Positions 16,799 through 33,599 of a DNA stretch of 64,000 nt are shown in pieces. The position numbers and the translations under genes are program-made. Origin of the DNA: the human T2T-CHM13v2.0 reference genome, Homo sapiens; the NCBI RefSeq assembly GCF_009914755.1, contig NC_060931.1; one strand, 5' to 3'. The stretch's first letter is position 1. Each line of letters opens with the position of its first letter. The notes under the pieces were generated by a model, which worked only from the letters and a program-made list of their open reading frames with translations, was not told the origin of the DNA and made no database searches.

Positions 16799-17890
16799 AG
16801 AGCCTGGGCTTTGAGCAACTGCAGGAGCCCTGGACTCTGAGCTGTTTGTTCTGTGAGGAAAAAGAAACCTGTTTGATTAAACCACTATTATTTAGCTTTT
16901 CTGTTACATCAGCTGAACACAATTTTAAGAAATATAAACTTGAATCTCCCGTTCCTAAAATGGTGTCACCATAGAAGGCTCTCAATAGTCATGTGTAGAA
17001 TGAATGAATGAAATACAAAGGCAGCACTAAAACTTAGTGACAGTAGACAGTTTAAGATGGTAACAAGATGCAGCACCACAGAACTACACGATCCCGGAGA
17101 GCCCTCCGTGCTGCAGTCTGCACTCATGGAGCATGAATGAACAGAGTGTGGACACTGCCCCAGGAATTCTGTCATATAGGGCACCCTCTCCACCATCCCA
17201 AATGCATATGTGTCAGTTTTTCATGATTATCACATAAATGAAAAAACACAATTGGAAAGTTCTTGGAAAAGCTCTTAGAAAACTCACAGATACCCAAGAA
17301 TATCCCTCTCTGAGATATAATGTCCAGAAGGGCAATGTTGCCCTGAGATTTTAAACCATGAAGAAGTGCTCACAGAACTCATGGAAGGTGGGTGTTTCCT
17401 TTGAACACAGTTTATTGGTAGCCGTGGGTACTATTTGCTACCACCTAGTTGTGTAACTTTAAGAGACAGAAAAATAAAATCCCCTACTCAATGTTCAGCA
17501 TTCCAAGTTTGAAGTCGGCACAGTTTAGTGTCCAGAGTGGAATTTCATATTCTTCTTTCAACCATAACATACCTACCAATTAGCACAACCTACCGATTTG
17601 CTCATAAAGCCCCATTCATCCGCAGCATAACATAAAGCTGCTTTTGATGGGGAAACAGCAACATTTCAGCGTTTAGAATTAATGCCAGTTCTAAACATAG
17701 ACTTAAGAATGTACATTTTTATTAACTACCCATTAAAAGCAACTCTTTCCATCCCCACATGGCACCACAGAACTACATGATCCCAGAAACTCCTTCACAA
17801 GAGGGTCTCCCCTATACAAGAAACAGGTTGGTATACAAGGCAAATTAAACTATTTACCTTATGCACTTAAGATAAAGATATTTTCTCTTA

Positions 17891-18307
<417 letters not shown>

Positions 18308-19355
18308 CTAAGTTGTTAACTCCACAGCAGCCAGGGGTCTTTGTTTTGTTCACCAAAGTAGCTTCTGCACCTAGAACTTTGACCAGTGCTCGACAAATCC
18401 TTCTTGATGAATGAACTGGACCAGAAGGCAGCATAACTGCATAGCGTAGAGCAAATAGCCTATCAAAGATTTTTGTTGGAAATATAAGAATAGATTATTT
18501 CACCCACAAAACAAGAATACTTCTTAATATAGGTTATGAAATATATAGAATTATTCCTGGAAACATTTTCACAAAACCATCATCCTGTAGGGCTCACTTT
18601 CACCCATGCTTACTCCTCTGCTGGATTACCTTTTACTTTATGCTTCTCTTTCCTCTACCGTATCCATCTTCTCTGTAAGTTCAAATTCCTCCCATACCAC
18701 GAAGACTGGCCCAAGGGCTATCCTCTCCATATAAGCCTTCTGCACATTAATTTCTCTCTCTTTTTGAATCCTTATGATAATTTATATTTTTCTTAAGACT
18801 CATCCCATTATCAATACTGCTATAGTTATTTTGGGGATATCTTAATGGTAAATACCATTGACCCACACATCTCAAACAGCAACAAAATAAACAAAACATA
18901 TGAAACAAAAATTTTCAAGACACTTGGATATGAGGCAGTGAAGGACAGTGATTCCTGAGGGTTGGGAAACAAATGAGGTGAGCCCTCCTGAGACAGCGTC
19001 CAGGTCCCAGTGTGAGAAGGGAAGACTGAGGGATAGCCCAGTAGAAACGCTGAACAGGGGAGACATTGTACGGAGTCTGAGGAGACCAAGACAGAGTTCA
19101 CAGGAAAGAGTTTGGGATCATTTATTATGGAGGCCTTAGAAAACTAATATGGAGAGGGTGCAGTTTGACCAGTAAAACTTGTTTCTGTGAAGAGTTGCTC
19201 CTCAGAGGGAATTTTCTTCAACTCTTTCTTAGCCAATGTAAAAATAAAGACCTTGAAAATAAAATGTAATGTCCACAGAGGACAGTGTGTCATTTTGGTG
19301 ATGCAGAGTTAAGTGTTCCTGCAGTGTAGAAGGATTTAACTTTGCAAATTTTGGA

Positions 19356-19856
19356 TTTTTTTTTTTAAGACAGGGTCTCCCTTTGTCACTCAGGCTGTAG
19401 TTCAGTGGCATGATCATGGCTAACTGTAGCCTCACCTCCTGGGCTCCAAGGATCCTCCCACCTCAGTCTCCCAAGTAGCTGGGATGATAGGAATGTGCCA
19501 CCACACCTGGCTAATTTTTTTAATTTTTTATTTGTAGAGATAGGGGTCTCATTATGTGCCCCAACTGGTCTTGAACTCCTGAGCTCAAGTGATCCTCCCA
19601 CCTCAGCTTCTCAAAGTGCTGACACGAGCTACTGTACCCACCCTGGAATTTTTTAAATGAATTGATTGAATATGATGGTTGTTCCCTGAGAATTAAGGTT
19701 TTTTGTTGTTGTTGTTTGTTTGTTTGTTTTTTACCTTTTAGAGATGAGGACTTGCTCTGTTGCCCAGGCTGGTCTTGAACTCCTAGCCTAAGGCGATCCT
19801 TCTATCTCAGCCTCCCAAACTGTTGGGGTTACAGGCGTGAGCCACTATGCCCAGCC
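19356..19856 (-). mobile_element. AluJ-like (19356-19645) plus monomer (19705-19856)
   Basis: Reverse Alu consensus. Confidence 0.88.
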
Positions 19857-20322
19857 AAGTCTTTTTTCTATTATGATTTATGATGAACACACAATAGAAA
19901 CTTTTTCCTTTTATCAATTCCACAGTCAGATTTCCCCAGTTGTTTCCAAAATGTCCAATATGTAGCTTTGAATAAATGAATACAAATGTCCTGTAGTGAA
20001 ACCACGGGACACAACTCATAATGCATGTTGCACAGTCATTTTTCAACTGTGCTGTAATATGAAGTTGTGGTTAAGAATTTATACAATCGGGATGAGTGAA
20101 CCTTTCTAAGAATTGCTTTTGAAGAGAATCTGGGTAGCATATATCAAGGAACTTCAACATGTTCTTAACCTTGAGTCCACTTCTGCATATCTATCACAAT
20201 AAAATCACTCTAAATTTAAAAAGAAAAAGTTATAAATGCAACAATGTTCATCATGGAATTGCTGAAAATAGCAAAATATTAGTAATGACAATTATGGAAT
20301 GGCTTAAAAATACTATGACATA

Positions 20323-20650
<328 letters not shown>

Positions 20651-20762
20651 AGAAATACTATGACATAAGGAATACCATGCAATCATCAAATATGATGTTT
20701 AAGAGGACTATATACTACCATGGAAAATAATCTTCTAATGATAATAGGTAAGAGCAGCCTGT

Positions 20763-21201
<439 letters not shown>

Positions 21202-21430
21202 TTACAGAATGAGTAAAACAATGTTAAAACTATGCTGGAAAAATACTAAAACATTTGCTAACAGTAGATACTTAGGGTCACTGTTCTTCATTATTTTTAT
21301 ATAATTTTTTCTATTTTCCAAATGTTATTGTGATTATTTTGACTCCAGATATGAACAGGCCAAAGCCAATTTATTCACGTGTAATCACCGGCTTTTTAAA
21401 ATTTTTGATTGGTATCAATAGCTATAAATA

Positions 21431-22090
21431 CAACTTACCCTTGAACACCCCAGGCTTAAACTGTGCAGATCCACTTATACGTGGATTTTCTTCTGCCTCT
21501 GCCACCCCTGAGACAGGAAGACCAACCCCTCTTTTCCTCCTCCTCAGCCTGCTCAGTGTGAAGACAAGAGGATGAAGACTTATGATGATCCACTTTCACT
21601 TAATGAATGGTAAATATATTTTCTCTTCCTTATTATTTTCTTAATAACATTTTTCTTTTCTCTAACTTATGAGACTATAGTATATAATACATATACAAAA
21701 TGTATGTTAATCAACTGTGTATGTTATTGGCAAAGCTTTCAGTCAAGAGTAGGCTGTTAGTAGTTATGTTTTTGGGCAGTAGGTACAAAGGTTATACATA
21801 CCAACCTGTGCAAGATGGTGAGATCCTGTCTCTACCAAAAAAAAAAAATTTTTTTTAATTAGCTGGGCATGGTGGTACGTGACGGTGGTCCCAGCTACTC
21901 AGGACGCTGAGGTGGGAGGATTGCGTGAGCTCAGAAGTTCAAGGATACAGTGAGCTAGGATCATGCCATTGCACTCCAGCCTGGGTGACAGAGAGATTCT
22001 GTGTCTATTAAAAAAAAAAAAAGTCATACATGGATTTTTGACTGTGTGGAGGTTGGCGCTCCTAACCCCGCATTGTTCAAAGGTCAACTA
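21431..22090. mobile_element. Tigger2a-like DNA transposon with partial Alu insert (~21800-22022)
   Basis: TIRs CAACTTACCCTTGAACA / TGTTCAAAGGTCAACTA. Confidence 0.8.
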
Positions 22091-22685
22091 CAGTTACGTG
22101 GAGCTGAGAGAGCTATAGGCTTTTTCCCCTCTCCTTCCTCTGCAGCTTGAACATCCTTGCTACCAAGTAACATGTTAAAATGAAAGGAAGCCTCAGACCA
22201 AATTCTGACATGTGCTCAGGCACTTATTAGAAAGATCCTAAAAGTGTTTATATAACTTGTTCTGCAAGCTGGATGAAGTCCCTACTTTCAGAAATATTAG
22301 GTGCTTTGCCACCCTTGCATGAAAGAAGCTGTGTGAATGAATCAGGACTCAGTTATCCATACAGTTGGCAGGAGGAAATTGGAAAACTTCCAATTATCAA
22401 CTAGTCTCAAGAATGTTTAGGAATCATGCTTTTTGTACTATCATCCTTCCCACCTCCTTTTTTTTCTTTTTGGTACACTGGACAGGGTAACTTTAAAGTA
22501 TTTTAGCCAATCTCACATCTTGACTTCCACTAATATTATAAATGAAAACTCATTTTTAATACTCTTGTTCTGCCTAGCAGAGGAAAAGGTAAACCCTCTC
22601 TGGTAGAAGATATCATCATCTGCACACTCTACCATTTTTTAAATAAACAATGTTCAGCATTCATTCAAAAATTCTTAGAAATATC

Positions 22686-23151
<466 letters not shown>

Positions 23152-23286
23152 TCAAAATAAGCCAAGAGAGGGGGAAAAAAACCAAATAAACAATAGCAAT
23201 AGATCCACAGGTGATCCAGATGTTGAAGTTAACAGACAACGTGGTTTAAAGTAACTATGATTAATACGTTCAAAAATAAATAAACA

Positions 23287-23691
<405 letters not shown>

Positions 23692-25509
23692 TTACCATTA
23701 TAACAGTATTACATTTTTAGAAAGTTCTTGCTGAGTGTGAGCTGAGACAACATATGTGTTCTTTTGTGGAGTCACAATCTTACTACTCCCTAGCTAGGAG
23801 CTAAGGAGGCTCCTAAACGCCTACAGCCACTGTGGAAGTTCAGACACTAGCAGTCACATACTGATGAACTGAAGCCATTGCAAGGAAGCTGTGAGGGTTA
23901 CATGACATCCTCAGAGTGCATAGATGAGCCAGCAAAATGAGGTCTCCTTCCAAACTTGGGATTTAGCTACCATAGGCAGCAATGCTGTTATGTAATTTAA
24001 GGGAACTTGGCAATAAATGAAATAACAGTTAATCTATAATTTCTCCAAATCACTGATCCTTAAAGTCGGGTTCAGGCAAACCAGAGTATGTAGACAATCT
24101 CCTAGGTTTTAGGGAGGAAATGCTAAAACTTATGTTTACGTTTAACTCATGTTTGAAATGCCTATATATTTATTTTACACCATGTACTTACTATGTTGGT
24201 ATTGTAGAATATATTAACTTACAAATAAATAGATATGCATCTTTTGGAAGTAAGTTTAAATTTTTTTTAAATTGCTGGCCAAAGTTTGGAGACCATTTTT
24301 TTCTAAACCTACATATTTATTTACTAAATTCCATGTTGCATCTACTAAATCATGAATAAAATCTTACCACAGTTGGTTAATATCTGAATTTGGAGTTGCA
24401 TTTGTTTCCTCAGTTTTCTTCATCTATAAATCCTTGGCACTCAGCTGTTTTGTGAACTAGGCTAAAATGGCGATCTCATTTGCAGAAAATAAAATAGTTT
24501 TCTCAAAGTGAAGTTATTTCCCATACATTTTTATTAAACCTTTGCTTATTGTTATTATTTGTTTTCTAGTGTGTTGGTAACAATAAAACAGATGAATAAG
24601 TAGAGAATTAGTAATAAAAGAAACATCAAGATATAGTTTTTTTTATAGCTTGCCTGCTTTTTTTTATACAGATACATGCTCTTATTTGTGATTTTTTTAT
24701 TGCAGATGTATAATATACTCATATATTTATTCTTACCTTTTTTGATGGAATTAAATTTATCAGGTAAAGGTTTGGTAAGGTCGCTCTGACTCCCAAGATA
24801 TGGTGATGCCTGGAAAAACTTGTGAAGATTATTTTATTTTATGGCTTTGTTATCTGGTATCTGTTAATAGCACTTGGAAGAATAACAAATTATTTATGCA
24901 CAAACAAACTGATAGTTGTAAAAGCAGATTTTGAGAGTAGATAAGGGAAGGAAGTAAAGGCCTGCGGCAGCTAAAGAAGTGAGAAAGTCCAGTAAAAGGT
25001 ACAGAAAATAAACTTCCTCCTACCTCCCAGTTTTGCTGGAGGCAGACCCTGCAACTGAGAGTCTTAAGAGTTGGAAGAAAACTCAGAAGTCATCTAGCCC
25101 CACTGTGACTGAAGGGATTCTGAAAACATGGGACTTACAGTATTAAAACTGGGAAAGTCCCAGCAAACCAGGATGAGTTGGTCATGCCTCCTACCTTCCG
25201 CAAGAATACCTTTTGACATGATCACATATGCTATTATTGTTCCCAATTTACAGATGAGGTTGGGTGGTCAGCCAAACCTCTGTTAGAATATTCTCAGTGA
25301 TGGGAAACTAGATAGTGGTTCTACTGGATGCTTCTGCCTCAGAATGAACTATTTTCCCCTCTCATTTACGCATTGGTCCTTTTTTTAATGAAAATCACAT
25401 AGGACTTTTATTTGGTAAGTCTAGAAAATCAACTTGCTGAGAGGTCCAAAAAAAAAAAAAATCAAACAACAACCATACCCCTTCTTCCCTCCAACTCAAG
25501 TACATTCAT

Positions 25510-25598
25510 TTCCCATCCAAGTATTAATCAGGCCTGACCCTGTCGAGCTTCCAAGATCAGATAAGGTCGGGTGTGTTCAGGGTGGTATGGCCATAGAC
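25510..25598 (-). pseudogene. 5S rRNA pseudogene, 3'-truncated (~88 nt)
   Basis: Minus strand reads GTCTATGGCCATACCACCCTGAACACACCCGACCTTATCTGATCTTGGAAGCTCGACAGGGTCAGGCCTGATTAATACTTGGATGGGA, matching the 5' ~88 nt of 5S rRNA with scattered substitutions. Confidence 0.93.
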
Positions 25599-25968
25599 TT
25601 CATATTCATTTCAGTTTAGCCCAGCACACAGTACCTGTGCTAGGCCCAGGAGGGGATCTGAAAAAGAGCATGGACAAATGAACAAATCTAGAAAGACTAT
25701 TTGATAAATGTGTCTAAACATGGTAGCCCAAAATAGTGCCTCTTTGGGAATAAAAGTGTAATATGCAATGCATACAAGAAATAGAGGTGTGGATAACTAA
25801 ATCCAGACTGTAGCAAGCTGTTTGCTATAGTCTAAGTTGCTGTAGTTTGTCCAATCACTCATACTTGACAAGTTAATTCAAATTGGCTTGATTATGTGGA
25901 CATCTTCAGCTCAAAGAGTAAATGACAAATTTATTCAAAGACAAAATTGTACTGTAAAAATAGTATTA

Positions 25969-26300
<332 letters not shown>

Positions 26301-27239
26301 AGATAATATTGAGGGGGAGGAAGGAAAAACTCAAGGAAAGCCACAGTTACCATTACAATTATAATCCATATTCACTAACTATCATTACTAACAAGGATAT
26401 AAAACCAGTTATGGTTAAATGTACTTAAGGTGTTAATTTAGCAGGTGTGCAATGACATTGCAATGTAGAATAAAACAGAAACCTGGAGTGATTTTTGCAA
26501 TGCAAAGTAAAGAAGAGAGGCTACAATTAATATTAAAAATACAATTAATTTAGGTTGCTGTGGGCAATCACTTTACTTAATATTAGCCTGAAATGTACTT
26601 TAAGATAAAAATAATCTGGCTCTTCTTTCTTTCCTTTTTTTGGATTAGGTTTCCGCAGAGGCCAAATATACCAGATGACTGTGAAATTTTCACTTTAATT
26701 TGCATGCGTAAGTATAGTCTTGGATATTAGAAATGAGAAAAAATGAAATGTAACTGATCAAGTGTAAGGGAATACATCCTGATTAAGAGAATAGAATCAA
26801 TTTTCGGAAATCTAGGAGTAAATGCTCTGTGTCAATAGAAACAAATTTAAGCTTACATCATGGCCAGCAGATTTTAAAAATTTCTACTGATAATTCTATA
26901 ACATAAGTTTAACCTGCTTTCTGACTTTTTTAATGCAAAAGGTTGTTTAATTGACTTGTCTAAATCTGTCAGGTATTTTGGAGGTTCATATGCATGAACT
27001 TGACATTAAAAGCCAAAACCAGACAACAGCATGCTATGCACATGGGAAGTAAATAGATAGCATATGATTTTTGTATTTGGCTTCGAATCATTTAAAGTGA
27101 TGGTTATCACTAGTGCCAGGTATTTTTGATATCATGTAATTTTTCGAAGTGATATCTAGATGTGGCTCTGGTTCCTGAAATCTTAGCCAGTTATGGACCA
27201 AAAAATGCAGTTTTAAAATAAAGTAATAAAATTAGCATA

Positions 27240-27540
<301 letters not shown>

Positions 27541-28045
27541 AATATTTTACATATGCAGAATATTTTAGACAAAGGATTTTTATTTTGATTAAAAGTGCTA
27601 TACAAATAAAAAATAAAAATAAAACCTCTTGGGTTTGAGTGTCAAGAAATTAAAAAATGTATACCATTACATTTCCACACTATTTAAAGTGCAACTGACA
27701 AACTGCCCCATCTTAGAGTATTTTCCCAAGAGTAAAGAGGGTGAGTACCAGAGTAAAGAATAAATAGAGTAATTAAAGAAAGTGGGTAATATTGTTACCT
27801 TTCATGATTAGTTAGCCTAAGAAGCAAGAGAGCTGGCCGAACTTTAGAGGGTTCCTTAAAATAAATTTCTGGTCTTTTTGTTGAACACATCTGATCTATC
27901 TGTTGTCTCTAAGATTTTTTTTTTAATCTCATCCATCTTCCTCTGGTCTTGTCTCCTGATATTTTAGCAGTGTAAGGGAGAGGCTATGTTCACTTCTCTA
28001 CTTCTTTCCAAAGAAATTTTCTTTTTTCTTTTTCTTTGAAAATAA

Positions 28046-28471
<426 letters not shown>

Positions 28472-29403
28472 TAGAATTATTCCGTATATCAACACAGCTG
28501 GTCTTATTACAATAATTTTGATATTTTAAACAAATCAGTGATGCTAAGGAACGTCACTGAGTGTTGACATGTCTGTGAAAGCCTTTATATGGAAACTAAG
28601 ATATCTTTGTTAGGAATGGGGAAACAAAGGTAAATGTGATAATAATGTATCATAATGTCTCAACTTAGTCATTGTGAATCTCTCACTGTCAGATTAAGAT
28701 GTACATGCAGTGTATGTTAATTACGGAAATGCATTCTGCCTTATACATGCAGAATTATATCTTAGAGAACTTCTCCCCAAGCTTTTTGCTAACCAAATCA
28801 TCTTTTCAACTATATACAGGTCTTTGAAAGTCCATCTCTTCAATATTTTATGACAGAGTGTGTTGACTTGAAGAAGTTAGAAATGGCAAATTCCCTTCCA
28901 AACCTGTTTTTCTGCTCTTACTATATCTCTAAACTAAACATGTTGGATTTGCACTTATTCGGGTCTAGGTAAGTCACTAAATAAGGATAATCAGTTATGT
29001 AGGATGTTATTCATGAGTATAGAATATTGACCAATTCAAAAACCCAACCAGTGAACATGGATGAGATTTTTTAAATAAAAACCAACAAGTCAGAACAGTT
29101 ATTTCTTGTGTTTAAATTTCAGATGAACTCTGAAAATTGTTTACAAAAGTAGATTCTTAAATTTATAACAAAGTATAAAACTAAAGACTATGACAGCCAA
29201 TATAAGCATATATCCCTTCCAAATATCACAAACAAGAAACAAAACAGAAATACTTTTAAAGAACTTTTAAAGTTCTTCGCTGATATACTGGTTTCTTATT
29301 CAGCTCAGATATTTTATCAGACTAAGATATATACTTTAACCAAATATATAAACCGATATAAGAGGAATTTAGGAGCATATTGCTTTTGACATAGTTATTA
29401 TAA

Positions 29404-29759
<356 letters not shown>

Positions 29760-30997
29760 AGAAACAAACTTTCAAGGAAGCTCACCACGTGCTGGTGGCC
29801 AAATCTTAACTTTTGCCCCTGAGTTAAATCTTAGTATTCTTTGTGTCTGTGTTTGTAAAATGTAAGATTTGGAATTTCTTTTCATGTAATTGATTTTTCA
29901 TTCCTTTATACAACACTCAATATTCATGAACATGTACCATGTGCCAAATGCAGCACAATTTGTACTAGATTAAAATTCAGAGGACTAAAATTAACCACAA
30001 CAATAACAAATTACTTAACCTTAAAGGCCTCCATTTAATAACAGAGAGGAAAGATATGGACAAGGTGTTCTGCTCAGCATTTTTGGTATGCATATCACTC
30101 AATCTTCACAACAACCATATGTAAAAGGCATAAGTGTAACCCATTGTACAGATGAAGTAACTTAATAACTTGCCAAAGAGCACCCAGTTAGGGAAAGGCA
30201 GGATCAGAAATACAGCCCAGCACTGTTTACTCTAAACCTGGTTGTTAATGACCTTCCTGGTGCTGCATCTCACAGGGAAGAGACCGTGAGCTCAGGGGGT
30301 GGAGGGAGCTGGTGTTACCAAGGAGGTGGTATTTCAAGTGGTTCTCTAAATAACCCGTTATCAGGCAGTTGACGCAGGAAAGAATGTTGGTCAGGGAAGT
30401 GGAGCACAGAGAAGTGTATTACAGGCAGGTTGTGTGGAGCAGGTCCAAAAGTGTGAAAGAGAATAGCATGTTTGCCAAAATGCTGGTGCTATTAAGGTAG
30501 GCAGAAGTGCCCTTGCAGAAGGCCTGAATACCATCTAGATTCCATCCTTTAGTTAGACACTGGGATAAAAGTAGGAGTGCAGTAGGGGTGGGGCCTTAAA
30601 TAATTTTATGCAAGGAACGAGTTATCGGATTTGTGCTTTAAAAGGTAACTGGTAGAGAAGTGTGGAAAGTGGATGGAAGGAGGCAGTGGTGGTGCTTGCC
30701 GTGGTGCAAATAGAGGCAGGGAGCCCACTGCCTTGTTCTCTATGAATGATGATCAGGCTATCACCAAAGGCTGAGAGAAGTGGCGGCCTGAGTCTTGATG
30801 TACAGTGGAATATAGAGAGGAAAGGAGGTACATGATGCTCAGATTTCTGAATTAGGGAACTGGAAGGATGGTGCCCATTCCTTGATGGAACTCTAAAAGG
30901 AACAGATGAGGGTGAAGAGGTAATGCATTCCATTCTGCATGTGATGAGCTTGGTGATTGTGTGCCATTCCACTGGGTGATTATCAAGAGGTAGTTAG

Positions 30998-31375
<378 letters not shown>

Positions 31376-31415
31376 CCCTGCCTGTCTTATCAGTCACCAA
31401 GGCCTGTCACTTCTG

Positions 31416-31857
31416 CCTCCCCTCCCTTCCTTCCTCCCTTCCTTCCTCCCTTCCTTCTCTCCTTCCTTCCCTTTATTTTTCTCTCTCTGCCTCTTTCTTC
31501 CCTTCTTCCCCTTCTCCCCGCCTCCCTCCCTCCTTCCCTTCCCCCTCTCCCTCTTTCTTTCTTTCTTCCTTCCTTTTCTCTTTCTTCTTTCTTTCTCTCC
31601 CTTTCTTTCTTTCTTTCCCCTTCCTTTCTCTCCCCTTCCCCTTTTTCTCTTCCTCCTTCTTTCCTTTCTTTTTCTTCTTTCTCTCTCTCCTTCCTTCTTT
31701 CTTCTTTCTTCCTTTCTTTTCTTTCTCTATCTTTCCTTTCTCTCGCTCCCCTTCCCTTCCCCTTTTCCTTCCTTCCTTCCTTCCTTCCTTCCTTCCTTCC
31801 TCCCTCCTCCCTCCTCCCTCCCTCCCTTCCTTCCTCTCTCTTTCTCTCTTTCTTTCG
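31416..31857. repeat. ~440 bp polypyrimidine (CT-rich) tract
   Basis: Almost only C/T on + strand; tail of the Alu at 31855-32113. Confidence 0.95.
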
Positions 31858-32113
31858 ACAAGGTCTCACCCTGGAGTGACTGGCACAATAACAGCTCACT
31901 AAAGCCTCAAACTCTCAGGCTCCAGTGATCCTCCAACCTCAGCCTCCTGAGTAGCTGGTAGTACAGGCACACACCACCACACCCAGCTAATTTTTAAAAT
32001 CTTTTTGTACAGACAAGGTCTCCTTGTGTTGCCTGTGCTGTTCTCAAACTCCTAGACTCAAGTGATTCTCCCACCTCGGCCTCCCAAAGTTTTGGGATTA
32101 CAGGCGTGAGCCA
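31855..32113 (-). mobile_element. Alu (J-like)
   Basis: Diverged reverse Alu. Confidence 0.88.
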
Positions 32114-32646
32114 TCTACTTCCTTAATATTTCTTAAATCTCCACTTAAATAAATCTCTGAGTTGGTCATTTGGATTGGTGTGTGCAATGCCCCATAACTA
32201 TGAACACCTTAGCGTTTCTAGTAGGCCCTTCAAAATGACTCAGGCCTGTATCTTTAGCTTTGTCTGTATCCACACCACTCTGCAGAGGCTGCACTCCAGC
32301 TATACTGAAGCAGCCACAGTTTGCAAGAGATTATGCTTACTCACTTCTGTTTTGAAGTGTTTTGAAGCACAAAGGCATGTGTACAGTCCCCACCACATGC
32401 CAGGATGCACACCAGGAGAGGCAATGATATAGGGCTGACTTCCCAGGAGCGCCTAGTAGAAAATTAGAAGATTGTGACTTAGCGGAGTCATATTCATGTC
32501 CATTCATTGAAGTTCATTGACAGCAAAAAGCCAGGCCTCCGGATGTTCATTTAAATTAAGTAGTCAATATCCTAATTCAGTGACTCGCAGAGAATCTGGT
32601 GGGTTATTTAATCATCACATAAAATAGGTGGTTCATGTACTCATGT

Positions 32647-33315
32647 TGAGGCAGGAGACTAGGTTCTGGAGGCAGGGAAACTAAGGACTTCCTTGAACTA
32701 CATTGAAAGGAAAACCCTAACTTTCCACGCCTAAGTAACAAAAGGACCAGAGGCTACCTTTGACCTTTTCTGCCTAGTAGATGGGAAATTGGCTGTCTGT
32801 AACCAATCAGACTGACTGCGGGTCCAATCTTCATTTGCAACTTTGTAACTTCACTCCAGCCTCTGAATGGTTGTTGTCCACAACTAATCAGACTGTGGGC
32901 GAGTCTTCGTTTGCATAGAAGCATAACTTCATTAAGTACATCCCAGCCTCTGATTGGTTGTTTTTTGCAACCAATCAGATGTTTGCACAGGAGTGTTACC
33001 TTTGTATCTTCATTTCAGCCTCTGGTTGGCTGCTTTCTGCAACCAGTCAGACTGATTGCGGGCTACCACTTCATTTACGTGAGATGAGCATGAGTTGCCA
33101 AAGGGAAACTTCTTGGGGGTATTTGGACCCAAGAAGATTCTGTATTCGGCCTTTGAGCCGCTGCTCCGCCCGCTCCCACAATGTAGAGTGTACTTTCGTT
33201 TTCAATAAATCCCTGCTTTCGTTCTTTTGTCGCTTCTCTGGGTGTTTTGTCCAATTCTTTGTTCAAAACGCCAAGAACCTGGACAACCTGCAGTCACGAT
33301 CCTTTACTGGTGACA
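32647..33315 (+). mobile_element. Solo ERV1 LTR, MER51A-like
   Basis: TG...CA termini, start TGAGGCAGGAGACTAGGTTCTGGAGGCAGGG, repeated CCAAT units, AATAAA 33204-33209, imperfect 4-bp TSD ATGT/ATAT. Confidence 0.85.
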
Positions 33316-33599
33316 ATATTGTTTTATTTTACTGAGATTCCATGTATCAGTGTTAGACACAAAAATCATTTGGTCATGTGCTGCCATAAATAACTATAAA
33401 GAAAGTCTATGTGTGCCAATTTCACTTATTCTGGCCTGGATCTCACTGTAGTAGATCAAATGTGAGGAAGAAACAGTAGCCGAGAGAGGCTGGAATTAGT
33501 AAAAATTTAAGAGTAGTTCCATCCATTATGTATGCCGTAATAGGCCCTATATGTGAAAAGTTAAAGGAGCTTATTTAATTATGAAGGAAACTATTATAC

